Assembly (NCBI GenBank): GCA_964622205.1
Contig: CAZUPA010000004.1
Coordinates: 1,622-62,187 of the forward strand
Length of the DNA: 60,566 nt
From: an uncultured Sphaerobacteraceae bacterium
Lineage (GTDB): Bacteria > Chloroflexota > Chloroflexia > Thermomicrobiales > UBA6265
Reading direction: 5' to 3'
The notes beneath the pieces were generated by a model that made no database searches, was not told the DNA's origin, and was given only the letters and a program-made list of their open reading frames with translations. Positions 16,775 to 25,244 of the stretch are shown in pieces. The number at the start of each line of letters is the position of its first letter. Position 1 is the stretch's first letter. Made by a program: the position numbers and the translations under genes.

Positions 16775-18202
16775 ATGGCAATCAACTCAACCGACGTACA
16801 AACCGGCATCGTCGAATGGCTCGAGGAGCGCCAGGGCCGCTTCATCGGCATGGCCGACCAGATCTGGGACAACCCGGAACTCGCGCTGGCCGAGTACAGG
16901 GCCTGCAAGCTCCAGTCAGAGGATCTGGCCGCCGATGGCTTCACCATCACCGGCGACATCGGCGATCTCCCAACCGCGTTCATGGCGGAATGGTCGCGGG
17001 GCGAGGGCGGCCCGATCATCGGCTTCCTCGGCGAGTACGACGCGCTGCCCAGCCTCTCGCAGGAGCGGCAACCCGGCCAGTCGCCCATCGTCCAGGATGG
17101 CCCCGGTCACGGTTGCGGCCACAACCTGCTCGGGACAGCAGCCCTGGCCGCCGCCAGCGTGCTGAAAGCCTGGCTGGAACACACTGGACATGCGGGAACC
17201 GTGCGCTACTACGGCTGCCCCGCCGAGGAAACCTGCGAGGGCAAGGTGTTCATGGCCCGCGCCGGCGTCTTCGACGACCTGGACATGGCGATCACCTGGC
17301 ACCCCGGTATCGAGACGACGGTCTGGGCTGGCAGCAGCCTGGCGGTCAACAACATCAGATACCGGTTCAAGGGGCGCACCGCCCACGCCGCCGGGAACCC
17401 GGAGACGGGCCGCTCCGCCCTCGATGCCGTCGAACTCATGAACATCGGCGTCAACTTCTTGCGTGAGCATATGCCGGAGAAGGCGCGCATCCACTACGTG
17501 ATCACCAATGGCGGCGGCGCGCCGAACGTGGTGCCCGACGACGCCGAGGTCTGGTACTTCATCCGCTCCCCGGAGCGGTACCAGGTCGACGAGCTGACCG
17601 AGCGCGTCCGCAAGATCGCCCAGGGGGCGGCGATGATGACCGAGACGACCCTTGAGGAGAACTTCATCGCCGGGGCGTACAACATGCTGCCCAACAAGGT
17701 GATCACCGGCAAGATGGGCGAAATCCTCGAGGCGCTCGGTCCGATCGAGTTCACCGATGAGGAGTACGCCTACGGCAAGGCCGTCGCCCAGCAGTATCCC
17801 GAAGAACTCCGCGCCGGAATCCTGCGCCGCCGCAAACTCCCCGAATCGATTGTCAATGATGGCCTCTCCGCCGAATTCTGGCCGATGCGCGACGAGGGGG
17901 AACTTGGTTCCGGCTCCACCGATGTGGCCGATGTCTCCTGGATCACCCCCACCGCCCAGTTCCGAACGACCTGCTTCGCGCTCGGGGTGCCCGGCCATTC
18001 ATGGGCGAATACCTCCACTGGCGGGGTCTCCATCGGTCACAAGGGGATGCTTCACGCCGCCCGTGGCATGGCCATCACCGGCGCGGAGTTCGTTCTCGAC
18101 CCCGCCTTGCTCCAGCAGGCGAAGGATGAGTTCGCCGCCTCGACCGCTGGCCGCCCGTACGCGTGCCCGATCCCCGATCACGTCCAGCCCCGCAAGCCGT
18201 AG
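16775..18202 (+). CDS. M20 family amidohydrolase (AbgB-like), paralogue 2 (tandem duplicate)
   Basis: Most positions are identical by eye to 15281-16726. The same GHGCGHNLLG block is present. Confidence 0.85.
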   Translation: MAINSTDVQTGIVEWLEERQGRFIGMADQIWDNPELALAEYRACKLQSEDLAADGFTITGDIGDLPTAFMAEWSRGEGGPIIGFLGEYDALPSLSQERQPGQSPIVQDGPGHGCGHNLLGTAALAAASVLKAWLEHTGHAGTVRYYGCPAEETCEGKVFMARAGVFDDLDMAITWHPGIETTVWAGSSLAVNNIRYRFKGRTAHAAGNPETGRSALDAVELMNIGVNFLREHMPEKARIHYVITNGGGAPNVVPDDAEVWYFIRSPERYQVDELTERVRKIAQGAAMMTETTLEENFIAGAYNMLPNKVITGKMGEILEALGPIEFTDEEYAYGKAVAQQYPEELRAGILRRRKLPESIVNDGLSAEFWPMRDEGELGSGSTDVADVSWITPTAQFRTTCFALGVPGHSWANTSTGGVSIGHKGMLHAARGMAITGAEFVLDPALLQQAKDEFAASTAGRPYACPIPDHVQPRKP

Positions 18203-18225
18203 ACCTATCCGTTCAGGACCGCCCA

Positions 18226-19080
18226 GTGAGCCAGCCCATCCCCTTCACCAAGATGTCCGGCAGCGGCAACGACTTCGTCGTCATCGACCATCGCCAGACG
18301 CTCATCGCCGAAGCCGACATCGCCGGCTTCACCCGGGCGGTCTGTCGCCGTCGCTTCGGGATCGGAGCCGACGGTGTGATCCTGATCGAGCACTCGCCCC
18401 GGCCGGAGGCGGACTTCCGCTGGCGGTACTTCAACGCTGATGGATCGCTCGGGGAGATGTGTGGCAATGGCGCGATGTGCGGCGCCCGGTTCGCGGTCGC
18501 CAGCGGCATCGCCTCCGCCGAATGCCGCTTCGAAACCCCCTCCGGGGACATCGCCGCCCACGTCCCCGACGCCACCGAACCCGCTGTCTCCATCTCGATG
18601 GTCGACGCCTCCATCCCCGCTGAACCCTTCCCCATCGATAGCGCCTTCGGCCCACTCGCCGTGAACACCGTCATGGTTGGCGTGCCACATGTCGTGGTGG
18701 TGATCGACGATGTGGATGCCGCCTTCGACGAGTCCGTCTTCCATGAATGGGGCCGGGAGTTACGTTATCACCCCGCCTTCCAGCCCGCCGGGGCCAACGT
18801 CGACGCGATCCACGTCATCGACCGCCACGCCATCCGCATGCGCACCTGGGAGCGCGGCGTCGAGGCCGAAACCCTCGCCTGTGGAACCGGCGCGATCGCC
18901 TCCGCCATCGTTGCCGTCGAGCGGAACCTCGTCTCCCGGCCCGTCTCCGTCGTGGTCAGCGGCGGCCGGACGCTCCAGGTCGACTTCACGCCCACTCCGG
19001 ATCGCATCACTGGCATTCGCCTCTCGGGCGAGGCGCGCATTGTCGCCCACGGCGAACTCGACCCCGAGGGCCTGACCTGA
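18226..19080 (+). CDS. dapF: Diaminopimelate epimerase-fold enzyme (DapF)
   Basis: F.KM.G.GNDF..ID. Both catalytic Cys blocks are present: MCGNGA.C..RF and ETLACGTGA. GTG start at 18226; an ATG at 18250 is the alternative. Confidence 0.8.
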   Translation: MSQPIPFTKMSGSGNDFVVIDHRQTLIAEADIAGFTRAVCRRRFGIGADGVILIEHSPRPEADFRWRYFNADGSLGEMCGNGAMCGARFAVASGIASAECRFETPSGDIAAHVPDATEPAVSISMVDASIPAEPFPIDSAFGPLAVNTVMVGVPHVVVVIDDVDAAFDESVFHEWGRELRYHPAFQPAGANVDAIHVIDRHAIRMRTWERGVEAETLACGTGAIASAIVAVERNLVSRPVSVVVSGGRTLQVDFTPTPDRITGIRLSGEARIVAHGELDPEGLT

Positions 19081-19426
19081 GTACCCCACTCCGCGGATAG
19101 GTCCGGATGACGGTTGCGGAAACCACGTATTTTTTGGTGGCGTATTGCGTAGGGATATATCCGGGGCGTATTGTGATTTCGGCGGATTTTCATCGACGTG
19201 AAAGGTCCCGCCAGGGTCCTCAAGGGTCACGACATGAACGCACAGGCCATCGCCATGTTTGGCGCGATGGTGGGGGTACTCGCCGCCGGAGACGCGCCCA
19301 GAACCAGTAGGCCGGTTGACCTTCGGCCCACACGCTCGTTGCCCGGCCCTTCGCATAGGTCAAGAATCCGGCTTGCCCCGGACCGTTTCGTTCCGCGCCG
19401 TCGCCTATTTCGGGGAAGAACCCAGG

Positions 19427-20233
19427 ATGAAACCTCACTCCCTCGCGGGGGATTTCACCGCTCGCCTTGCCTGCATCGTGGCCATCGCCCTGATTGCTGG
19501 CGTCTGCGCCAACCCTGACATGGTTACCGCCGAAGAACCCACTGGCCCAATCGGTATCGGCATCGTCCCGACCGAAGAGACGGATGACCCGGGCGATCCT
19601 GGCAGGGGCGATCCTCCTCCCACCGAGCCTGTTCCGACCGAGGACACCGGCGGTGAGCAACTCCCGCCAGACGGGACTCCTACCGGGGGTGGTGGAGGGC
19701 GTGAGGACGAGGCGGTCGCGCCCGGCTTCGTCACGCTCGTGATCTTCACCAGCGACGGCAGCCCCACCAGCGATGGCACGTTCGCCTGCGTCGGCGCCGT
19801 CTGCCAGCCAGCCGGCGGTCTCGCCAGCGGCACGAAGATCCTGTTTCCGGACATCGATTCCGGCTGGAACGACGTCACCGTCGAAACCGGCTTCCGGAGC
19901 GGAAACGCCTCCACCTCCGTCAACGTCGCGGCCGGCCAGGGCTCGTGGGTCGAACTCACGCTCGTTGCCCCGGCCAGTGCGGTTCGCGAGGACCCCACTC
20001 CCCCGCCCGTCTCCGCCACCGGTCCGCTCCGCTCCGCCCCAGCCCTGGCCGATGCCGAGGAACAGCCTCCCTGGTCGACCAACAGCAACCTCGTATCGTC
20101 CATGCCGGTGACCGGAGCCGCCACTGTGGCCGGTTCCACCGCCGAACCGCTACCGGCCGCGGCGGCGCTCATCTTCTCCGCGGTTGCCTGCGGTCTGGCC
20201 GCCCGCTGGACCTCCCGGTCTCGCGCCCGTTGA
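19427..20233 (+). CDS. Cell-surface protein with an LPXTG-like sorting signal
   Basis: N-terminal signal/TM segment. Pro/Asp/Gly-rich linker. The C-terminus has MPVTG, then a hydrophobic stretch, then RWTSRSRAR. Confidence 0.6.
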   Translation: MKPHSLAGDFTARLACIVAIALIAGVCANPDMVTAEEPTGPIGIGIVPTEETDDPGDPGRGDPPPTEPVPTEDTGGEQLPPDGTPTGGGGGREDEAVAPGFVTLVIFTSDGSPTSDGTFACVGAVCQPAGGLASGTKILFPDIDSGWNDVTVETGFRSGNASTSVNVAAGQGSWVELTLVAPASAVREDPTPPPVSATGPLRSAPALADAEEQPPWSTNSNLVSSMPVTGAATVAGSTAEPLPAAAALIFSAVACGLAARWTSRSRAR

Positions 20234-20568
20234 TGACTGGGGGTCTGGCAGCGACTCCCATGCCCGGCTACCATAGAGCAAGCACGGTGCATGCTGGCTT
20301 TCAAGAGCCCCACGTGAGTGCTCATACATGTTGGAAGGCCGGTCTCTTCGGCACACGCCGAAGTCACGAACGCGACAACGCGCTCGTGGGCCCGGGGGCG
20401 TCGTGTGCGGTCACGCTCGTGACCAACCCAGACGAACAATCGAACGCGATACCCCGCCACGGCCCCGCTCCAGGGGATGCGGCGTGGCAGGCTGTCGCGC
20501 CTGGGACTGCTGGCGACGCGCCGCTTGGCGCGGCCCATCCACGACTCGTGCCTGAGAGAGACGCTTTC

Positions 20569-22968
20569 ATGACGGATACACCTACTTCTCGACTCGATAC
20601 GCTCGATACCGGCGACGATGCCACCATTCCACATGAGCCGGACACCGCTCCCGATTCGCCGGAGGAAAACGTCGATTCGGCCGCCACGGAACCGGGGCAG
20701 GCGGATGCTGTCGCCAGCGCCGAACCGGCTGAGGGCGACGCGGAAGCCGATGCCGATGCCACGGAAGCCGGAACCGAAGATGAAGGTGAACCGGAAGCCG
20801 CGGCCGTCGACAACGCCGAACCCGCGTTCGAAGCGACCCCGCTCTTCAACAGCAGCTATTTCTCGCCCCTCACCCCCGAGGCGTCGCCCAACGGCGAGTG
20901 GCTGGCTTACCTGCTCGAGCAGGCCGATGGCGCCATTCGCCTGTGGATTTCCCCCACCGATGGCGGCGATCCTATCCCGGTCGACCTGCCGTTCGAGCCA
21001 GTCGTCGAGCGCGATCCCGATACTGGCCGCCTGATCCGCGGCCCGCAGTGGTCGCCCGATGGCTCGACCATCGCCTTGACTGGCGTGGTCGAAGGCGAGG
21101 ACCGAACCGGTATCTGGTTTGTGCCGTCTCCGGTCGATAGCCGCTCGGTCCCGGCGGTCGTCGTCGCCTCCGTGACGGACGACGATGAGTCCGGCGAGGG
21201 CGACGTGGACGGCGAATCGCCCGAAGCGTCCGAGGAAGTCGCCTCCGATGCCGAAACCGGGGAGGCGGCCGAAGCCGAAGCCACCGGGGAAACCAGCGAC
21301 GATGTCCAGCCCGCGGTTGTCGCCAGCGAAAGCGCCGGCCCCGACGAGGGCAACGCCCCGATCGCGCCGCCCGTTGAAACGGAAGTCGCCGCTCCGGTCG
21401 ACCTCACCGGGGAGCAGCCCGAGCGAACCATCCGGCTCCTCACCTGGGGACCTGGTTCCGAACGCTCCCCCCGCTGGTCGCCCGATGGCAACCTGATCGC
21501 CTTCGTGAGCAATCGCGACCGCCGCGACACCATCGCCCTCGCCACCACGGCCGGAGACGACCCGACCATCGCCGAACTGCTCACCTGGAGCGACCAGGAC
21601 GATCGCGAGCCGGTCTGGTCCCGCGATGGCCGGTTCCTCGCCTTCACCCGGCAACTCTCCGATGGCCTGGAACACGCCGACATCCTCGTGTATTCCCCCG
21701 AGAACGGTGAACTCATCAACCTCACCGAAGCCAAGCCCAGCGCCGTCCGCCACTCGCTCGATTGGGTCGCGGGCCGCAACCTCGTCGCCTATGTCACCCA
21801 GGACGGCGATTGGCTCTCGATTTCCGTCATCAACGCCGACAACAAGGCCGGTTGGGCCGTCACCCGCGAGTCCGGCGACAAGACCGAACCCCGCTTCCAC
21901 CCAACCGAAGCCCGGCTCGTCTACATCCGCTCGGAAGGGTTCGCCACCGTTTGCTGCGAACGCGGTCTCCACGCCTCCGGCGCCGTCGCGCTCGATCCCA
22001 GCGAGGGCGTCGTCCATTCGCCGCGCTGGTTGCGCGACAAGCGCGTGGTCTACGGATTCAGCTCCTCCCAGAAGCCGTTTGGCTTCCTCGCCCAGGAAAA
22101 CACCGCCGCCGCCGAGCGCGTTCCCGTTCAGTCGCCGGAAGCGCCGTCCACGTCCGGCTTCTCCTTTCGCCATCCCGTCCCGTTCGAATTCGCCCTTGGC
22201 GAGGACGAGCAGTTCTCCGGCATGCTCTATCGCACCCAGGGCGCCGTTGGTCCCATGCCCGCCATCGTCTACCTCCCTGACGGCCCGCTCGAAATTCGTC
22301 GCGGCGACTTCAATCTCGAAGAGCAGGCGCTCGCCAGCAGCGGCATCACTGTCTTCACGCCCCTGCTCCACGGCGCCACTGGGTTCGGCCATGCCATCGA
22401 GAGCGATCTTGCCGATCTCTCCAGCGCCGAAATCGAGGCCTCCGACATCGCCGAGGCTGGCTATGGTCTCGCCGAGGACGACAGCATCGATGGCGGCAAG
22501 CTCGCCCTCGTCGGGGCCGGGTATGGCGCGACTCTGGGCCTGGTCACCGCCGGCGCCCGCCCTGGCGTCTACTCCGCCGTAGTGGCCATCGACCCGATCA
22601 CCGACTGGTCGATCGAACTGGGCGAAAGCGATCCCGCCTGGCGAAACTGGGTTTCGGCCCAGTACGGAATGCCGCTCACCCATCCCGACCGATACGCCCT
22701 TCGCTCGCCGTCGACCTTCTCCTCGGTGATCGACGTGCCGGTCATCCTGGTTTCGACCGCCTCCGCGCCGGTCTACCGCCAGGCGCAGATGGAACTCTTC
22801 GCCGCGTATCTCGACGCCACCGGTGTCGCCTACGAGCACATCGCGGCGCCAGACGAGCCGCTCACCGCCACCCTCGAACGCGTCAGCCGCAAGCTGGCCT
22901 CCATGTACGGTGGCGAAAGCGGGTCGCTGGAGATCGTCGATGGCGTCCAGGCCAGCGCGATCGGATAG
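20569..22968 (+). CDS. S9 peptidase homologue (PD40 beta-propeller plus alpha/beta-hydrolase domain), predicted catalytically inactive
   Basis: PD40 repeats are present (SPDGS.IA, SPDGN.IAFVS.RD, SRDGRFLAF). The nucleophile elbow reads G-A-G-Y-G where S9 enzymes have G-x-S-x-G. The HG..D block is replaced by STASAP. It has long acidic N-terminal and internal inserts. Confidence 0.75.
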   Translation: MTDTPTSRLDTLDTGDDATIPHEPDTAPDSPEENVDSAATEPGQADAVASAEPAEGDAEADADATEAGTEDEGEPEAAAVDNAEPAFEATPLFNSSYFSPLTPEASPNGEWLAYLLEQADGAIRLWISPTDGGDPIPVDLPFEPVVERDPDTGRLIRGPQWSPDGSTIALTGVVEGEDRTGIWFVPSPVDSRSVPAVVVASVTDDDESGEGDVDGESPEASEEVASDAETGEAAEAEATGETSDDVQPAVVASESAGPDEGNAPIAPPVETEVAAPVDLTGEQPERTIRLLTWGPGSERSPRWSPDGNLIAFVSNRDRRDTIALATTAGDDPTIAELLTWSDQDDREPVWSRDGRFLAFTRQLSDGLEHADILVYSPENGELINLTEAKPSAVRHSLDWVAGRNLVAYVTQDGDWLSISVINADNKAGWAVTRESGDKTEPRFHPTEARLVYIRSEGFATVCCERGLHASGAVALDPSEGVVHSPRWLRDKRVVYGFSSSQKPFGFLAQENTAAAERVPVQSPEAPSTSGFSFRHPVPFEFALGEDEQFSGMLYRTQGAVGPMPAIVYLPDGPLEIRRGDFNLEEQALASSGITVFTPLLHGATGFGHAIESDLADLSSAEIEASDIAEAGYGLAEDDSIDGGKLALVGAGYGATLGLVTAGARPGVYSAVVAIDPITDWSIELGESDPAWRNWVSAQYGMPLTHPDRYALRSPSTFSSVIDVPVILVSTASAPVYRQAQMELFAAYLDATGVAYEHIAAPDEPLTATLERVSRKLASMYGGESGSLEIVDGVQASAIG

Positions 22969-22981
22969 TCACGCCACCATC

Positions 22982-23009
22982 AGCGGAGCAGCCGGTGGGC
23001 CGCTCCGCT
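22982..23009 (+). terminator. GC-rich hairpin after the S9-like gene (no U tract)
   Basis: AGCGGAGC-A-GCC GGTG GGC-C-GCTCCGCT lies 14 nt after the stop. Parts of it recur at 23268-23296. Confidence 0.4.
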
Positions 23010-23115
23010 ATCGTGTGTCCATGTCACCGGGGGAAACCCATACACCGGCACGCACCGCATGGGAGGCAGTTTTAGGATGCCGGTTAGGGTTTCCGTACTG
23101 GTGCTCCAAGCCATT

Positions 23116-23189
23116 CACCAGTACGGAAGTCCTAGCCAGCCGCGGGCGGACCGCTTCCCAGAGTGCCGTCGGCTGGCGTATGGGCTTCC
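23116..23189 (+). ncRNA. Candidate structured non-coding element, copy A (unknown family)
   Basis: Conserved CACCAG..GTACGG leader. Hairpin GGAAGTCC-TA-GCCAGCCG-[27 nt]-CGGCTGGC-GTAT-GGGCTTCC. It aligns ungapped with copy B at 53 of 71 positions. Two stem pairs covary and there is one U-G wobble. No convincing ORF. Confidence 0.45.
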
Positions 23190-23405
23190 CCGTTGGGCGT
23201 CTGAAAAAGGTTGTCGGGCAAATCGCGCTGGCACCGCCGGATCATCCCTACGTTGCGCGCATCGTGGCCGCTCCACTACCATCAGCGGAGCCAGCCCCGG
23301 CTTTGGGATGGCCAGTTTCCGCAAATACATGCTTCATCCCGTCAATCCGGCCAGATAGTCCGCGCGGTGGCGCGGATCGCTGGCGAATAGGCGCGGGTGT
23401 GGTGA

Positions 23406-25244
23406 ATGGGTCTGCCCTCAATGTCGTCACGGAACTCGTCAGCCGGTCCTGAATCTCCGTCCCAGTCCACATTGAGTCGCCGCCACCTCGCGGTGGTTGG
23501 AGGCGCGTCCATCGCCGCCGTCGCGGGGATCGGCGCGGCCTCAATCTGGGGCGATTCCAACGGGGCCTCGCTCGACGACGGTTCCGGTGGCGCGACACCG
23601 CCTCGATCCACCCAGGCTCCCGCCCCACCAACCGACGAGCCCGCCAGCACACCGGACGCCAGCACTCCCGAACCCCCGGTCGAGACCCAGGCCCCGGTCG
23701 AACAGGTCGATCCCGCTACCTTGCTGGATACCGCCTCCATCCGCGAACTGCGCGGCTACCTCGATGCCGGAGCCTTCACCGTCGCCGATCTTCTCCAGGC
23801 TTCGCTCGCCCGGATCGAGGAGATCGACGGCGGCGATATCGCGGTTAACGCCATCATCACGCTCAACCCCGACGCCGAAACCATCGCCGCCGAGCTCGAC
23901 GCCGAACTCCTGGCCGGAACCGTTCGTGGCCCGCTCCATGGCATCCCCGTGCTGCTGAAGGACATCGTCGCCACCGGCGACCAGATGCCGAACACGGCGG
24001 GATCGCTCGCGATGGAAGAGAACATCGCCAACCGCGATGCCTTTCTCGTCACCCTGCTGCGCGAGGCCGGAGCCGTCATCCTCGGTAAAACCAACCTCAC
24101 CGAATGGTCCAACTTCATGGGCAGCACTGGGCTCAGCGGCTGGAGTTCGCTCGGCGGCCTCACCGTCAACCCACACAATCTCAACATGTCCGCGTCGGGG
24201 TCCAGCTCTGGCTCAGCGGCCGCCGTCGCCGCTGGCTACGTGCCGCTGGCGATTGGCGCCGAGTTCGACGGATCCATCATTGCCCCAGCCTCCCAGTGCG
24301 GTATCGTCGGCCTCAAACCCACCGTCAGCCTCACCAGCCGAACAGGTGTCATTCCCATCGGCTTCACCCGTGACTCCATCGGCCCGATGACAAAGACGGT
24401 CGAAGATGCCGCCATCGCCCTCAGCATCATGGCGGGCTACGATCCGGAAGATCCTTCCCGCACCGTTGGCGCCTCCACCGCCACCTGGGCGATGTTCGAC
24501 GAGGAACCGGTCCAGCAGCCAGGCACGGTCGACTACACCGAAGCGCTCGACCCGGATGCCCTTTCCGGCGCCCGCATTGGGATTTGCGTCAACTTCGGTG
24601 ATTTTGGCGACGCGTCGATGACGCTGTTCGATGATGTCCTCCCGATCCTGGAAGCGGCTGGCGCCGAGGTCATTTCGGACGTTGCCGTACCCGGCTTTGG
24701 AGAACTCGAAAGCACCTATACCAACAGCCTCACCGAGTTCTCCTGGGGCCTCCAGAACTATCTCGATACCTTCACCCCCGATGGCCCGATGCAGACCATT
24801 CAGGACATCGTCACCTTCAACGATGAGCATGCCGAGGACACCCTCGCCATGACCGACCAGAGCGGTCTCACCGACGCCCTCGAAGCCCGAACCATCGACG
24901 ATCCCACCTATCTCGCCGTGACGGAGACCAACACCACCGCCATGCGCGCCCACGGCATCGACGCCATCATGGACGAGCTGGAACTCGACGCCCTTATCGC
25001 TCCCACCGCCACCCTCGCGGTTGGCGCCTGGCAGCATAGCGGCTTCGCATCTTCGTCCAATGCCTCGTCACTCGCCGGCTACCCGTCGATCACCATCCCC
25101 ATCGGCACGTCGGACTCGCTCCCGGCCGGTATCCACTTCTTCGGCCGGGCCTTCAGCGAAGCCCGCCTCCTCGGTCTCGCCTACGCGCTGGAGCAGCTCC
25201 TGCCCGCCCGCCCCATCCCCGAATACATCCCCCGCGAGGAATAG
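23406..25244 (+). CDS. Amidase-signature family amidase, Tat-exported
   Basis: Tat motif SRRHLAVVGG. AS blocks: HGIPVLLKD, GKTNL.E, GSSSGSAAAVAAG. Confidence 0.85.
   Translation: MGLPSMSSRNSSAGPESPSQSTLSRRHLAVVGGASIAAVAGIGAASIWGDSNGASLDDGSGGATPPRSTQAPAPPTDEPASTPDASTPEPPVETQAPVEQVDPATLLDTASIRELRGYLDAGAFTVADLLQASLARIEEIDGGDIAVNAIITLNPDAETIAAELDAELLAGTVRGPLHGIPVLLKDIVATGDQMPNTAGSLAMEENIANRDAFLVTLLREAGAVILGKTNLTEWSNFMGSTGLSGWSSLGGLTVNPHNLNMSASGSSSGSAAAVAAGYVPLAIGAEFDGSIIAPASQCGIVGLKPTVSLTSRTGVIPIGFTRDSIGPMTKTVEDAAIALSIMAGYDPEDPSRTVGASTATWAMFDEEPVQQPGTVDYTEALDPDALSGARIGICVNFGDFGDASMTLFDDVLPILEAAGAEVISDVAVPGFGELESTYTNSLTEFSWGLQNYLDTFTPDGPMQTIQDIVTFNDEHAEDTLAMTDQSGLTDALEARTIDDPTYLAVTETNTTAMRAHGIDAIMDELELDALIAPTATLAVGAWQHSGFASSSNASSLAGYPSITIPIGTSDSLPAGIHFFGRAFSEARLLGLAYALEQLLPARPIPEYIPREE

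Noticed and set aside
19435-22839. 1134-aa minus-strand ORF spanning two plus-strand genes and their spacer
   Set aside because: Its composition (Arg/Gly/Asp/Val-rich, no motifs) is typical of antisense shadow ORFs in high-GC DNA. The plus-strand genes have recognisable domains, signals and RBSs.
23116-23189. Identity of elements A/B with RNase P (GGAAAGUCC-like), SRP RNA (GGAAG..CAGCC-like) or group II intron domain V (GUACGG)
   Set aside because: Only short word resemblances are present. The universally conserved P4 sequence, the SRP helix-8 loops and the domain V AGC triad and bulge are all absent. In addition, two copies occur within 37 kb.
23059-23358. Reading hairpin elements A and B as small proteins. 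The + frame gives QYGSP.QP...E.CR.L.YGLP. The - frame gives K.I.QPT.L.EA..PRL.RTSVL.
   Set aside because: Similarity is confined to about 24 codons. There is no shared start, RBS or stop. The flanking residues are unrelated. The two double substitutions that preserve the stem are non-synonymous in both frames. The minus frame does contain a few synonymous differences, so the coding alternative is not formally excluded.
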